Shown: positions 9,914 through 20,468, numbered from the stretch's first letter. The stretch is 64,000 bases of DNA from an uncultured Gemmatimonadaceae bacterium (GCA_963761305.1 CAVXGK010000002.1:2976001-3040000), one strand, 5' to 3'. Notes: generated from the letters alone by a model not told the origin. Numbers and translations: made by a program.

Positions 9914-11607
9914 GGGTGGACAGGTAGACGGTTGGCCCGGTGTTCGTCCGTAAAGCCGGCGGCGCGCGGCGCGGCGTTCAACTCGATCACGACGCGCGCT
10001 CCCTTCCCCGGCGCGTCTTCGATCCACGTGTCGCCGCCGTGCAGACGCGCCAACTCGCGCACCACGTAGAGCCCGATGCCGCTGCCCGCGACCGCAGCAT
10101 CGGCGTGTCGATCGAGCCGATAAAACGACGTCCACACCCGTTCGCGCTCGCGCTCGGGAACTCCCTCACCTTCGTCGTCGATCCACAACCGGACGCGATC
10201 GCCTCGCGCGGCGGTGCCCACGGTGACCGTTTGCGGATGCGCACCATACTTCACGGCGTTGTCGAGCAGGTTGAGCACCATCTGTCTCAACGCGGCCCGA
10301 TCCGCCATCGCGAACACGTCCGGCGTGAACGCGGTTGCCAGTCGCACGTCCGCCGACGCGGCGAGCGGCATCCAGTCGTCGATGATCTCCTGCACCGCGC
10401 GATTCAGATCGATCGGCTCCGGTCCCAGCCGCGTCATCTGCCGTTCCGCACGCGAGAAGTGGAGGATGTTCTCGACGAGGTGCATCAACCGCCGGCCTTC
10501 CTGGACGATGACGCCCGTCGCCGCGTGGCGCTCGTCGTCGGTGCGCACGCGGCCCAGGTTGAGTGTCTCGGCGAACAGCAGGATCTGCGACAGCGGTGTG
10601 CGCAGCTCGTGCGAGACGCTCGAGATGAAATCCGAGCGCAGCCGTGACAGCTCGTGTTCGCGCCTCAGCTGCAGCACGGTGAGCACGATCATCGCCGCGG
10701 TCAGCGTGAGCAGGCCGACGAGAATCGGCACGCGCGATTCCGGCAGCGCGCCGAGCGCGAGGACTTCCACCGCGCGCGGCCGGATCGCCGCGTGCACCAA
10801 AAGCCCGCCGACTTGCTCGATCGATACGTCGGCCGAATAGGGCGACGTCGCCGTCGACGCGGCCGTCTGGAACACGGGACGACCGCTCGGATCACGGACG
10901 CTGATCGCCAGAATCGAGTCGTTCGGCGCGCCGCCGGTCGCCGAAACGGGGAGGAGCGCGCGCCGCGCGACGACGTCGCGGATCATCGCCTGGCCAACGG
11001 CGTCGGCGCACGTCCGAACTCCGTACGCGGCGATGGGCGCGCGATGCTCGGCGTACTTCACCGCGTACGCGATCGCGATCGGCGGTTCGTTCGGCAGCGT
11101 GCCGAGTATGACTGCGTAGTTCCAGTCAGGGCGATACTCGGTGCGGGGACTGGCGATCGTGTCGGCCAGCCATTGGCGCATCGCCGGGGACACGGCCGCT
11201 CCGGCGGTCGCGAGCGACCCGTCGCGAAGGTCGATGCTGAAATAGAAGCGTGACGAGTCGTTTGTCGTCGGGCAACGCAACACCCCGTCGGCGGTCGACG
11301 CGAGAACGGCCGGCGGCAGCAGCAGCTCGTAGGGCGTCGTCGCTTGGGCACGCGTAAGCGGCGCGAGCGCGGTGCCGAGCGTGGTCTGCAATTCGTCGTT
11401 GACGCCCGCGACCAGCTCCCAGGCCGCAACGGCGGCGTAGTCGTGCAACGCCCGTTCGGCCGTCGCGCGATGCGAGACAGCCGCCTCGTGCGCTTCGTAG
11501 GCGAGCATCGTGGCGAGCACGAGCGTGCATGCCAGCAGCAACGCGAGCAACAGCGCGCGCGAACGGCGTCGACGTGGTGCGTTGAACCGGAAGGAATTCG
11601 AGACCAT
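9910..11607 (-). CDS. Membrane sensor histidine kinase
   Basis: Two TM segments, H-box SHELRTPL, NLLDNAVKY, DEGEGV, GSGIGL. Confidence 0.93.
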   Translation of the reverse strand: MVSNSFRFNAPRRRRSRALLLALLLACTLVLATMLAYEAHEAAVSHRATAERALHDYAAVAAWELVAGVNDELQTTLGTALAPLTRAQATTPYELLLPPAVLASTADGVLRCPTTNDSSRFYFSIDLRDGSLATAGAAVSPAMRQWLADTIASPRTEYRPDWNYAVILGTLPNEPPIAIAYAVKYAEHRAPIAAYGVRTCADAVGQAMIRDVVARRALLPVSATGGAPNDSILAISVRDPSGRPVFQTAASTATSPYSADVSIEQVGGLLVHAAIRPRAVEVLALGALPESRVPILVGLLTLTAAMIVLTVLQLRREHELSRLRSDFISSVSHELRTPLSQILLFAETLNLGRVRTDDERHAATGVIVQEGRRLMHLVENILHFSRAERQMTRLGPEPIDLNRAVQEIIDDWMPLAASADVRLATAFTPDVFAMADRAALRQMVLNLLDNAVKYGAHPQTVTVGTAARGDRVRLWIDDEGEGVPERERERVWTSFYRLDRHADAAVAGSGIGLYVVRELARLHGGDTWIEDAPGKGARVVIELNAAPRAAGFTDEHRANRLPVHP

Positions 11608-11669
11608 CACGTCGCAATCTGCCGCCTTGCTCGGGTCCCCGGCAACGTGAACGGTGTGCGGCCTGTAAC

Positions 11670-11688
11670 TCTGACACCGTTCTGACAC
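11670..11688. promoter_or_regulatory. Direct repeat with 11-bp period (TCTGACAC x2), candidate OmpR/PhoB-type binding site
   Basis: TCTGACAC at 11670 and 11681, in the divergent intergenic region upstream of the kinase-regulator operon. Confidence 0.45.
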
Positions 11689-11753
11689 AGGGTAAGGGAA
11701 GCCGAATCGCATCCTGTTGACAGCCCTTTCAATGGGTTCGCAGGTTGTGGGGG

Positions 11754-13457
11754 GTGACGACCGATCTGATCGCAGACACGGCCGCCCCCCGCGTTGCTCG
11801 GCGGGCCGGGACCGGACTCGAAGCGCTGATACGCTCCGAGACCATGTGGTTGGCGGCGTGCCTTGTCGCCGGCGCCGCGGATGCGTTCATCGGGCGCCAC
11901 GCGATGAACCCGGACGGCATCAGCTACATCGACATCGCGCGGACGGCGATGCTCGCCGGACCTCGCGGACTGATCAACGGGTACTGGAGTCCCGGCTATC
12001 CGGCGCTGATCGCGGCGGTCATGCGAATGACGCGCCCCGTCGCAGCGGCGGAGTTTCCCGTGGTGCACGCTCTCAATTTCATGATCTTCGTCGCGAGCCT
12101 CTGGGCGTGGCGCGCGTTGTTGCAATCATGGATCAACGAACCCTCGTACGGCGATAGTCGGTGGGGCCGGACTCGACAGGCGCTGATTCCGCTTGGTTTT
12201 GGAATCTTCATATTGATGACGCTCGCTGCGACGCCACTGAGTTTGGTGACGCCGGACCTCGCCGCACTCGGAACGACGGTGCTGATCGCGGTGTGGTACC
12301 AGCGGCTCCGCACGTCCGCGGATTGGACGGCGGCCTTACTTCTCGGCGCGTTCTGCGCGCTGGGATTCTGGATGAAGACCGTGATGTTCCCGATTGGCGC
12401 GTTGTTGCTCGTTCTTTTGATGCTCTTCCCGCCGCCGATTCCTCGCGCCCGCGCCAAGGTTCTCGCGGCCGTCGCCGCGTGGCTAGCGCTCTCGGCGCCA
12501 CTGATCGTCCTCGTTTCGATCAGGGTGGGACGCCTGAGCTACGGAGAGACGGGCCGCGTCAACTATGCGTCGCACGTGTTGCGCGAAGACGCCGTCGACG
12601 AAGGAACTCCATATAGTCCGGCGTTGGTACATCCGCCTCGGGTATTGCTCGTGCAGCCGCGCATCATCGAGTTCGGATCCCCGATCACGGCGACCTACGC
12701 CATTCATTTCGACCAGTCGTATTGGGCGGAGGGAACGCCGGTGCGATTTGCGCTCGGCCCGCAGGTCCGCGCGCTCGCCAAGAACGCGGTCGAGTATGCG
12801 AGACAATGGCTGTTCGAGTATCCGGTTGTTCTTGCAGCGCTCATCGGCCTCGCGGTCTTCTCTCGCGCGCCGCGCCGGGACGCTTCGACCTTCGCGGCCT
12901 ATGTCCTGGTCTACTGGGGCGCGGCGTGGCTTGCCCTCTATGCCGCCATTCACGTCGAGACGCGGCTGACGGCTCCGGCCTTTCTCCTTCTGGCCGCCCT
13001 GCTCGCCCGGAGGCTCTCGCTGGGCACATCCCCGCGAGCAGCGTTCGCCGTCTCCGCGGTGCTTGCCGGATTCGTTGCCGTGAAGAGCGCGGGTCAAGCG
13101 TGGACGATTGCTGAGCAGTTGCGCAATCCAGAAACCCCGCCGTACCTCGAGCTCGCCGCGGCGCTCGGCGAACTCGGCCTGACGCCCGGCTCGCAAATCG
13201 CCGTGGTCGGAGCGCGCGACGCCTACCAAGCGGCGTACGCCCACGCGGCTGGATTGCGGGTCGTCGCCGAAATCTTCGATGCCGACGGCGGATTGGAAAT
13301 GACCAACGCTGAGATGGACACGGTGCGGGCGACGCTTGCCAGCGCCGGGATCCGTGCCATCGTGAGAACGGCGGGGCCACTTCCGGTCGCGGACTCCGGA
13401 TGGAGGCGCATCCACCTCAGCAACGGCGTGGCCGGCGTACTTCTCACGGCGCCGTAG
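11754..13457 (+). CDS. Multi-pass membrane protein, possible GT-C-fold glycosyltransferase
   Basis: About ten or more hydrophobic segments; first loop MNPDGISYIDIA..NGYWSPGYP, TPD motif, GFWMK; C-terminal soluble domain. Confidence 0.6.
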   Translation: MTTDLIADTAAPRVARRAGTGLEALIRSETMWLAACLVAGAADAFIGRHAMNPDGISYIDIARTAMLAGPRGLINGYWSPGYPALIAAVMRMTRPVAAAEFPVVHALNFMIFVASLWAWRALLQSWINEPSYGDSRWGRTRQALIPLGFGIFILMTLAATPLSLVTPDLAALGTTVLIAVWYQRLRTSADWTAALLLGAFCALGFWMKTVMFPIGALLLVLLMLFPPPIPRARAKVLAAVAAWLALSAPLIVLVSIRVGRLSYGETGRVNYASHVLREDAVDEGTPYSPALVHPPRVLLVQPRIIEFGSPITATYAIHFDQSYWAEGTPVRFALGPQVRALAKNAVEYARQWLFEYPVVLAALIGLAVFSRAPRRDASTFAAYVLVYWGAAWLALYAAIHVETRLTAPAFLLLAALLARRLSLGTSPRAAFAVSAVLAGFVAVKSAGQAWTIAEQLRNPETPPYLELAAALGELGLTPGSQIAVVGARDAYQAAYAHAAGLRVVAEIFDADGGLEMTNAEMDTVRATLASAGIRAIVRTAGPLPVADSGWRRIHLSNGVAGVLLTAP

Positions 13458-13487
13458 CCACTCGGTTGTCGGGTGGCTCGAGCCGCG

Positions 13488-15019
13488 TTACGCCCTCGCC
13501 ACGCGCAGCACTTCGTCGAGCGTCGTGACGCCTTCTCGCGCCGCGCGGACGCCGTCGTCCAGCAGCGTGCGCATGCCCTTCGCGACCGCCATGCCGCGCA
13601 GCTCTTCGGACCCGCGGCGGCGCTGCACTTCGAGACGCAGATCGTTGTCCATCACGAGCAGCTCGTACACGCCCGTGCGCCCTCGATAGCCCGTCCCCCG
13701 GCACTGATCGCATCCAGCGCCCTTCCACACTCGCGTGAGTCCGAGCGCTACGACGTCGAGACGACGCGCCGCGGCCTTGTCCGGCGTCGTTTCCGTCTTG
13801 CAGCTCGGACAGATCATGCGCACGAGCCGCTGCGCGAGCACCGCGTCGACCGTGCTCGCCACGAGATACGCCGCGACGTCGAGGTCGAGCAGACGCGTGA
13901 GCGCCGTCGGGGCGTCGTTCGTGTGCAGCGTCGACAGCACGAGGTGCCCGGTGAGCGCCGCTTGCGTGGCGATCTGCGCCGTTTCGGCGTCGCGAATTTC
14001 GCCGAGCAGGATGATGTCCGGGTCCTGCCGAAGCAGCGATCGCAGCGCGGCGGCGAACGTCACGCCGACCTTCTCGTTCACCGGCACCTGCGGCACGCCG
14101 GAGAGCTCGTATTCCACCGGATCTTCGACCGTAAGGATTTTCTCACGGCCGGTGCGGATCATCTCGATCGCGCCGTAGAGCGTGGTCGTCTTGCCGGAGC
14201 CGGTCGGCCCCGTGACGAGGACGATGCCGTGCGGGCGCGACACGACCTCGCGTGAACAGCTCGAGCGTATCCGCGGCCATGCCCAGTTCGGCCAGCGAGA
14301 TGCGGCCGCGCTCCTTGTCGAGGAGACGCAGCACGACGCTCTCGCCGCGCAGCGTCGGCACGGTCGAGACGCGCACGTCGACCTGGCGATTCTGCAACCG
14401 CAGCCGAATGCGGCCGTCCTGCGGCAGGCGTCGCTCGGCGATGTCCAGCTCGGCCATGATCTTCAACCGGCTGATGATCGCCGCGGTGAGATGCGGCGGC
14501 GGCGACGGCGCGTTCTGGAGGACGCCGTCGACGCGATAGCGCACGCGCAATCCGTCCTGATACGCCCTCGAGGTGCACGTCCGACGCGCGCGCGTCGAGC
14601 GCTTCGATCAAGAGCAGGTTCACCAGCCGGACGACCGGCGCCTCGTTCGCAAGATGGAGCAGGTCGTCGAGCGGAATGTCGTCCACGTTCGCCGCCTGCG
14701 CTTCGCCCGACATGCCGGCGATCATGCCTTCCGCGGTGGCCGCCTCCGGCGCGTACACGCGTCGAATCGCCGTCCGGAGATCGTGCTCGGCGAACCGCAC
14801 GAGCGACACGTGCGCGGCGAACAACAGCCGCAGATCGTCGAGCGCGAGCGGCTCGACACGATCCAGCCACGTACCGACGGTCAGTTCATCGCGTTCGAGG
14901 CCCAGCGGCAGCACGCCGTACTGCTCCAGCCAATCGGCGGACAGCCCGGTCGTGAGGCGCTCGACCTCGAGCAGCTCGGTCGCCGAATGTTCGGTCTCGG
15001 GACGGTCGGCTATTGCCAT
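13488..15019 (-). CDS. gspE: Type II secretion ATPase GspE, split by two +1 frameshifts in this sequence
   Basis: [15 protein letters not shown], then [22 protein letters not shown], then [36 protein letters not shown]; frame changes near 14565 and 14250. Confidence 0.93.
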
Positions 15020-16923
15020 CGCGAGGCGGACGGCGGCTTTGGCGCCGGCAGCGCGTCGACCGGTGGCGGCCCGGCCGGCGTCGAGTCGGGCGCGGCCGGC
15101 GGGCGCGGACGCAGTCGCGTCAACGAATCGGGTTGCGTCGAATCGGTCGGCGGCTTCGTTCCCGGAGGAACGATGGGCCTCGTCGGCACGGTGAGCGTAT
15201 CCGTCTTCGGCTGAATGTGCGGACCGACATTTACTTGCTTCAGCAGGTCGCTGCCGTCCTTCACGGCGTCGCGCAGCTTGTCGATGTCTTCGTCGCTCGA
15301 GATGATGTGCGGCGTGAGGAAGAGAAACAGCTCGTTCGTCGTCGTCGCTCTTCGAGATGTTGGCCGAACAGCAGCGCGCCGATGAACGGAATCCGGCTGA
15401 GCAGCGGAATGCCCGACTGATTCCCGGATCGTCGTGTTGTCGGCGAGCCCGCCGATCACCGTCGTCTGCCCGTCGCGAATGAAGATCTGCGTCGTCGCTT
15501 CGCGCTTGTCGATCACCGGCGCGTCGAACTGCACTTCGTTCGTCGCGCTGTTGTCGGTCTGCGACACCTGCAGGTTGACGTAGCCGTCGGGGTTGATCGT
15601 CGGCGTGATCGTGAGCGTGGTGCCGACGTCGATGTACTGGACGGTCTGCACGCGGTCGGTCGGGTCGTTCGGCACCGTCTGCGAGATCTGCACGAACGGG
15701 CGCGACGACCCCACGTTCAGCGTCGCCTGGCGATTGTTCTGCGCGATGATCACCGGCAGCGACAACACGCGCACGTCGCCGCGCGCTTCGAGAGCGGCGA
15801 TCGCGACGTCGTAGCTGATCGCGCCATGTCCGCCGGCGAGCTCGTTGATCAAGTCGAGCGCGCTGGCCTGCGACGGAACCGTCCCCGAGATGACGTTCCC
15901 GTGTGAATCCTTGTGTGACACCGAGCCGGACACGCCGAAGTCGAGCGACCGAGTGCGCTGCACCTCGGCGATCGTGACCTCGATCAGCACCTGCAACGGC
16001 CGCAGATCCACACCGGAGATGACTTGCTGCACGAGCTGCCAATCCGAATCCGTCGCGCGCACGAGCAGCGAGTTGCTCGATTCCTCGGCGATGATCCGAA
16101 TGTCGCCGGCCTGAGAAGAGAGCGCTCCGGGCGCCGCCTGGAACGCGGTGGTGAGCGCGTTGGCCAGAGGATTTCCGGCGGCGACGTTAGCCGGGTTGCC
16201 GCCGACACCACCGCCCGCGCCGTTGTTGCCAAACCGGCCGCCGCGACCGGCACCACCGCCGCCACCACCACCCCCGCCCGCGGCGAACGGCGTCGCGATG
16301 TTGCCCGGCGGAGTCGTGAAGGTCGTGAAGCCGCCGTTGCCATTGGGAATGACGGTCGTTCCGCCGCGCCCGGCGAGCGTCGACGAGTATCCCGAGAAAA
16401 GGTTCGCGAGCACCGGCGCGAGCTGCACGGCGCTCGCGTGCCGCAGGCGATACGTGAAGAGATGCATCTGCTGCGCTTGCACCTGTTGCGCCAACTGCTG
16501 CGCGAACTGTTGCTGCGGCGTGACCGTGGGGCGCGTGGGCTCCGGCGTAGGACCGGAGATCTGCACCAGCGACGGACCCACCGTCACCTTGAGCCCATTC
16601 GCCTCGGCGACGGTCTTGAGCAGCTCGATCATTCCGTCGCGCGTGACGGGACGACCCATGTGCACCGTCGTTCGCTGCGCGGGAATGTTGGTGAGCGAGA
16701 CGTTGATTTCACCCGCCGCGGCCAGCGCGTCGAGCACCACCTTGAGATCCTGGTCCTGGAAATCCAGCGAGACCGCCGGCGGTGCTTTCGCCGTGTCGGC
16801 CTTGGTCGGTGCGCGGGTCGGTTTCCCGCCGGTACCGCCTCGCTGGGCGAGCACGACGCTGGGCGGCACGGCGACGGCGCCGGCCACTACACACGCGATG
16901 AGTACTCTGTGGACAGAATGCAT
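15010..16923 (-). CDS. gspD: Type II secretion secretin GspD with Gly-rich insertion; short out-of-frame patch near the C-terminus
   Basis: SNSLLVRA, LQVLIEVTIAEV, DVGTTLTITPTINPDG, DGQTTVIGGL, ELFLFLTPHII. The expected GIPLLSRIPFIGALLF appears in another frame at ~15365-15415. Confidence 0.92.
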   Translation of the reverse strand: MHSVHRVLIACVVAGAVAVPPSVVLAQRGGTGGKPTRAPTKADTAKAPPAVSLDFQDQDLKVVLDALAAAGEINVSLTNIPAQRTTVHMGRPVTRDGMIELLKTVAEANGLKVTVGPSLVQISGPTPEPTRPTVTPQQQFAQQLAQQVQAQQMHLFTYRLRHASAVQLAPVLANLFSGYSSTLAGRGGTTVIPNGNGGFTTFTTPPGNIATPFAAGGGGGGGGGAGRGGRFGNNGAGGGVGGNPANVAAGNPLANALTTAFQAAPGALSSQAGDIRIIAEESSNSLLVRATDSDWQLVQQVISGVDLRPLQVLIEVTIAEVQRTRSLDFGVSGSVSHKDSHGNVISGTVPSQASALDLINELAGGHGAISYDVAIAALEARGDVRVLSLPVIIAQNNRQATLNVGSSRPFVQISQTVPNDPTDRVQTVQYIDVGTTLTITPTINPDGYVNLQVSQTDNSATNEVQFDAPVIDKREATTQIFIRDGQTTVIGGLADNTTIRESVGHSAAQPDSVHRRAAVRPTSRRATTTNELFLFLTPHIISSDEDIDKLRDAVKDGSDLLKQVNVGPHIQPKTDTLTVPTRPIVPPGTKPPTDSTQPDSLTRLRPRPPAAPDSTPAGPPPVDALPAPKPPSASRWQ

Positions 16924-16926
16924 TGG

Positions 16927-17439
16927 TCAGGATCCCGGCTTGGGCACGACGAGGTCAGCTCGCGTGCCCGATGAGTTCATTATCGTCACTTTCCCCCGAT
17001 CGATGGCCTTTACGACCCACTCGCCGATCTTGTCGCCGACATGCACCAGCGTGGGGCGCTCCTCGCCCAACTGCAGTGTCGCGAAGCTCTTGCCGTCGTT
17101 GGCCACCGCGGTCCCGAGGACCACGGGTTTCGGCGGTTCGGACGCCTGTTTGACCTCCGGCGACTTCTCGCCGGGTAATCGATAGGCCGCCGACGGCGCG
17201 CTGCGGTCGGACGCGAAGAGATCGTTCTCGACGGCGGCTTGGACGTCGGCGGGAGCGGGCAACACCGCCCTCTTGATCGGCGCGGTGTTGTTCGACGACG
17301 GCGCGGACTCCGGCAACGGATCGGCGCGCACCGCGTGAACCGTCGTCCAGCCGACGGTCGCAACGGCGACGATGAGCAGCGTGCCCGCGACGCGCATCGC
17401 CGGCGTCTTGATCCACACGCGAAGGTCGCCCGTCGTCAT
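16927..17439 (-). CDS. GspC-like T2SS protein (TM + HR-like domain, no PDZ)
   Basis: N-terminal TM, NDLFASDR, VLGTAV..VHVGDKIGEWVVKAIDRGKV; lies next to gspD. Confidence 0.6.
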   Translation of the reverse strand: MTTGDLRVWIKTPAMRVAGTLLIVAVATVGWTTVHAVRADPLPESAPSSNNTAPIKRAVLPAPADVQAAVENDLFASDRSAPSAAYRLPGEKSPEVKQASEPPKPVVLGTAVANDGKSFATLQLGEERPTLVHVGDKIGEWVVKAIDRGKVTIMNSSGTRADLVVPKPGS

Positions 17440-18083
17440 CGACGCACGCCTCCTGCCGCCGCCGACAGCTCGGCGACGGTCGGTTGAGCATCCGTCGTCG
17501 CCGCCGTCGTGGAATCGGTCACGCCGAATCCGGAAATCGTCGCGGCGATGGACAGCACTTCCATATCCGTGTCGCCCGCACGCGACGACCGCGTGACGTC
17601 CAGACGATCGACGCGCAGCAGCTTGTCGCCGCGCTCCAGGGTCTGCAAAAAGAGCAGCATCCCGAGCAGATCCGACTCGGCGCGAATTTCGACGCGCAGC
17701 GTGCGCACCCCGCTCGGCAACGGCGGCGCGGGACGCGTGGCGGCATCCTGCAGAAAGACCCGCGTTCGCTTCGCCACGTCGCCGAGGTACGAGGCCAGCT
17801 CGGCGCTCGCCATCACGTCGTCCTTTCCCTCAAAGAGACGCGAGCGCGTGTTCTGCATCGCCGAGTCGGCCATCCGCCGCAGCTCGGGGTTGCGTCGCGA
17901 TTCGGCCACGGCCGCCCGCTCGCGAGCCAGCGTCGCGCGTTCCGTGGCCAGTTGATCCTGTCCGTCGGCCAGCGCCGCGCGATACGGCCGCACGACGTAG
18001 AGCGCCGTCAGCGAGACGATCGTGATCACCGCGCCGAGCGTCACCGTGCGCCGTTCCCGCGCGCTGAGCGTGCTCCACTTCAT
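17436..18083 (-). CDS. GspM/PilO-like T2SS inner-membrane protein
   Basis: MKWSTLSARERR + TM + coiled coil + ferredoxin-like tail (LLFLQTLE..LRVDRLDV); ATGA overlaps with neighbours. Confidence 0.75.
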   Translation of the reverse strand: MKWSTLSARERRTVTLGAVITIVSLTALYVVRPYRAALADGQDQLATERATLARERAAVAESRRNPELRRMADSAMQNTRSRLFEGKDDVMASAELASYLGDVAKRTRVFLQDAATRPAPPLPSGVRTLRVEIRAESDLLGMLLFLQTLERGDKLLRVDRLDVTRSSRAGDTDMEVLSIAATISGFGVTDSTTAATTDAQPTVAELSAAAGGVRR

Positions 18084-19495
18084 CGGGGCACCTCGCCGCT
18101 CCGTGCGGGCGCGGTGTGCGTCACGTTCGACGCCGGCGCCGTCTGCGACGGACGCACGGGTTCCACGCGAACCGCGATCGTAAAGTGCTCGAGCGCCGGC
18201 CCGTCTTCCTGCAGCTCGCGTCGCACGGGAGCGGCGGACTTCACGTCGATGAATCCGCGCGTGCGCTCGAGCGCGTCGAACACCCGCGCCGCGTGGCCGG
18301 CGAGTCCGTCGACGATGAGCGAATCCTGCCGCGCGCGAATCGCGGTGAGGTACGCCTCGTCCGGCACCGACTGGCTGAGCGTCGTGATCACCGCGGACCA
18401 GCGCGGCGACGTCGACTCGATCTGATTGAGCGAGACGAGGTGGCGATACGTCGCATCCACCGTCGTGCGGCCGACCATGGTCTCCGCCAGCTGTGGGCGC
18501 AGCGCCTCGCGCGCGGCACGCACCTCGGCCAGTTGATGACGCACGCCCCACAATTCGATCGCCGCCGACGCGGCGAACAACACGATCGCGGCGGCCGCGA
18601 CGATCCACGCGGCTTTCCGCGCGCCCGCGCGCTCCGTCGCGATCGAATCGTCGCCACGCAGCACGGGACCAACGCGGCTCGCCGCATGACGCGCCGCGAG
18701 CGCGTCGGGGCGTTCGGACCCGCTCGCGCCGTCGGTCGCGCGCACGGCCGAGATGCCGAGCGACGCGAGCGCGGCCGCGAGATCGCGCGCCGGACCCGGC
18801 GCGCCGATGATGCCGATGCGCCCCGACGGTCCGATGCTGTCGACGATCATCGCGGCGTCTGCCGCGCCCGGACGGAACCGGCGCACACCGGCGAGCCGGC
18901 CGCCGTCGAACTGGAGCATGTCGGTGCGATCGTCGTGCGCGACGAGCGCGTGGCCGCCTTGTTTCGCGAGGACCGGCCAGAGCGCGAACGCCGCGGCGGT
19001 CCACGCCGTCTCGGCGGGTACGATCGCGTCGACCATCCATCCCGCTTGTTGTGCCGCGCCGCGAATGGCGGCCATGAGGCGCGCCGGAGCCGCTGTGGCG
19101 ACGACGGGCACCGGACCTCGGCGTGGACGGCGAGCAGGCAGCGACACGCCGACCGCCTGCGCGCCGCGCGCCTGCACGAAATAGCGCGACGCGTCGCGCG
19201 TGAGCGTTCGCTGCAACTCGTCCGCGCGAAGCGGCGGGAGCTCGAGCCGCCGCACTTCGGTGAGCGGCGGCATCAACGCGACAATGAGCGTTCCGTTGTC
19301 CGCGCCGGTGCCCACCGAACCGCCGACCGCACGCGCCAGTTCGGCGAGCGCCACGGCGAGCGACGTCCAGCCGTTCGTCTCGCTGGGCGGCTCGAGCGGC
19401 ACGCGCCACACGCCGTCGTTCGCGCGCAAACGCGAGTCGACGACCGTGAGCTCGTTGAGTGAGATCGCGATCATGGCGCGAGGCTGACTCACCAT
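18080..19495 (-). CDS. GspL/PilM-PilN-like T2SS protein
   Basis: Cytoplasmic domain (VRRLELPP), TM, coiled coil, PilN-like C-terminus (VPDEAYLTAI..VDGLA); operon position. Confidence 0.72.
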   Translation of the reverse strand: MVSQPRAMIAISLNELTVVDSRLRANDGVWRVPLEPPSETNGWTSLAVALAELARAVGGSVGTGADNGTLIVALMPPLTEVRRLELPPLRADELQRTLTRDASRYFVQARGAQAVGVSLPARRPRRGPVPVVATAAPARLMAAIRGAAQQAGWMVDAIVPAETAWTAAAFALWPVLAKQGGHALVAHDDRTDMLQFDGGRLAGVRRFRPGAADAAMIVDSIGPSGRIGIIGAPGPARDLAAALASLGISAVRATDGASGSERPDALAARHAASRVGPVLRGDDSIATERAGARKAAWIVAAAAIVLFAASAAIELWGVRHQLAEVRAAREALRPQLAETMVGRTTVDATYRHLVSLNQIESTSPRWSAVITTLSQSVPDEAYLTAIRARQDSLIVDGLAGHAARVFDALERTRGFIDVKSAAPVRRELQEDGPALEHFTIAVRVEPVRPSQTAPASNVTHTAPARSGEVPR

Positions 19496-19502
19496 GCGCG
19501 CG

Positions 19503-20468
19503 TCACCACTTCTCGCTGCTGATGTCGGCCGTCGACCCGGAGTTCCTGAGGACGGCGATCAACACGGTCGGCGGCGCCTGCGGGCCGACGCGCGCGGTGA
19601 TCGTGAGCTCGACCTGCGTCGTGTTCACCGTCGTGCGGCCCCGCAACGCGTTCACCGCGGCGGTGCTGGCGAGCTGACCGGGCAACGGCCGGCCCGCGCG
19701 CCCCGGCTGCGAGAAGATCTGCGACACGTCCGAGATGCGCCGGCCTTGCGACCGGAGCTGCAGAATCAGGTTGAGCGTCGCGTCGGTCATCCCGGGGAGC
19801 GATCGAAGCACGGGAACGGGAGCATCGTTGAGGTTGATCGCGCCCGCGCCGCGCGTCGTGAGGTACGGCGCGACCTGGGCGTAGATGTCCGGCGTCACCC
19901 CCATGACGTTCCGGAGCTCGCTCACGTCTCCAAACAGCGTATTGGCCGGCAACGCGAGCATCTCAGCCTTGATGTAGTCGTCGCGCTCCGCGCCGCTCGG
20001 ACGAGGAATGCTGTCGGCGTCGCGCCAATCCAGGATCGTCTGCGAGAGCTGCGTCGACTTGGTATAGTCGCCGAGCAGGAAGCTGAAGAACTGCTGCAGC
20101 TCCGTTTCGGTCGCCGTGTTGAGGTTCAGCCTCTCGCCGAGGTCGTGCGCGACGATCTTCACCGGCACGCTGTCGACGTACACGGTTCCGGTGTAGAGCG
20201 AATCGACGTTGGACCAGGGATCGCTCGCCGCGAGGATCGCGATGTTCGGGTTGCTGCCAGACGGCGCCACGCGGATCGCGTACTCGAGTTTGGCCTGCAC
20301 GTAGGCGAGCGCGCCGAGCGCCAGCGCGCGCTGCTGTCCGCGCTCGGAGGCGAGAATGCCGAGTGCGCGCCGCTCGCGCGCTTCGATGCTGAATTGCAGC
20401 GCGACCGTCGCGATGGCGACGACCAGCCACATGGCGGCGAGCAGCGCCACTCCGCGTCGCGATCTCAT
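19503..20468 (-). CDS. gspK: Minor pseudopilin GspK
   Basis: RRGVALLAAMW, LNLNTA, ILDWRDAD, INLNDAPVPVLRSLPG. Confidence 0.88.
   Translation of the reverse strand: MRSRRGVALLAAMWLVVAIATVALQFSIEARERRALGILASERGQQRALALGALAYVQAKLEYAIRVAPSGSNPNIAILAASDPWSNVDSLYTGTVYVDSVPVKIVAHDLGERLNLNTATETELQQFFSFLLGDYTKSTQLSQTILDWRDADSIPRPSGAERDDYIKAEMLALPANTLFGDVSELRNVMGVTPDIYAQVAPYLTTRGAGAINLNDAPVPVLRSLPGMTDATLNLILQLRSQGRRISDVSQIFSQPGRAGRPLPGQLASTAAVNALRGRTTVNTTQVELTITARVGPQAPPTVLIAVLRNSGSTADISSEKW

Noticed and set aside
14240..14570. Programmed ribosomal frameshifting in gspE
   Set aside because: No slippery heptamer, two separate shifts needed, and similar indels occur in neighbouring genes.
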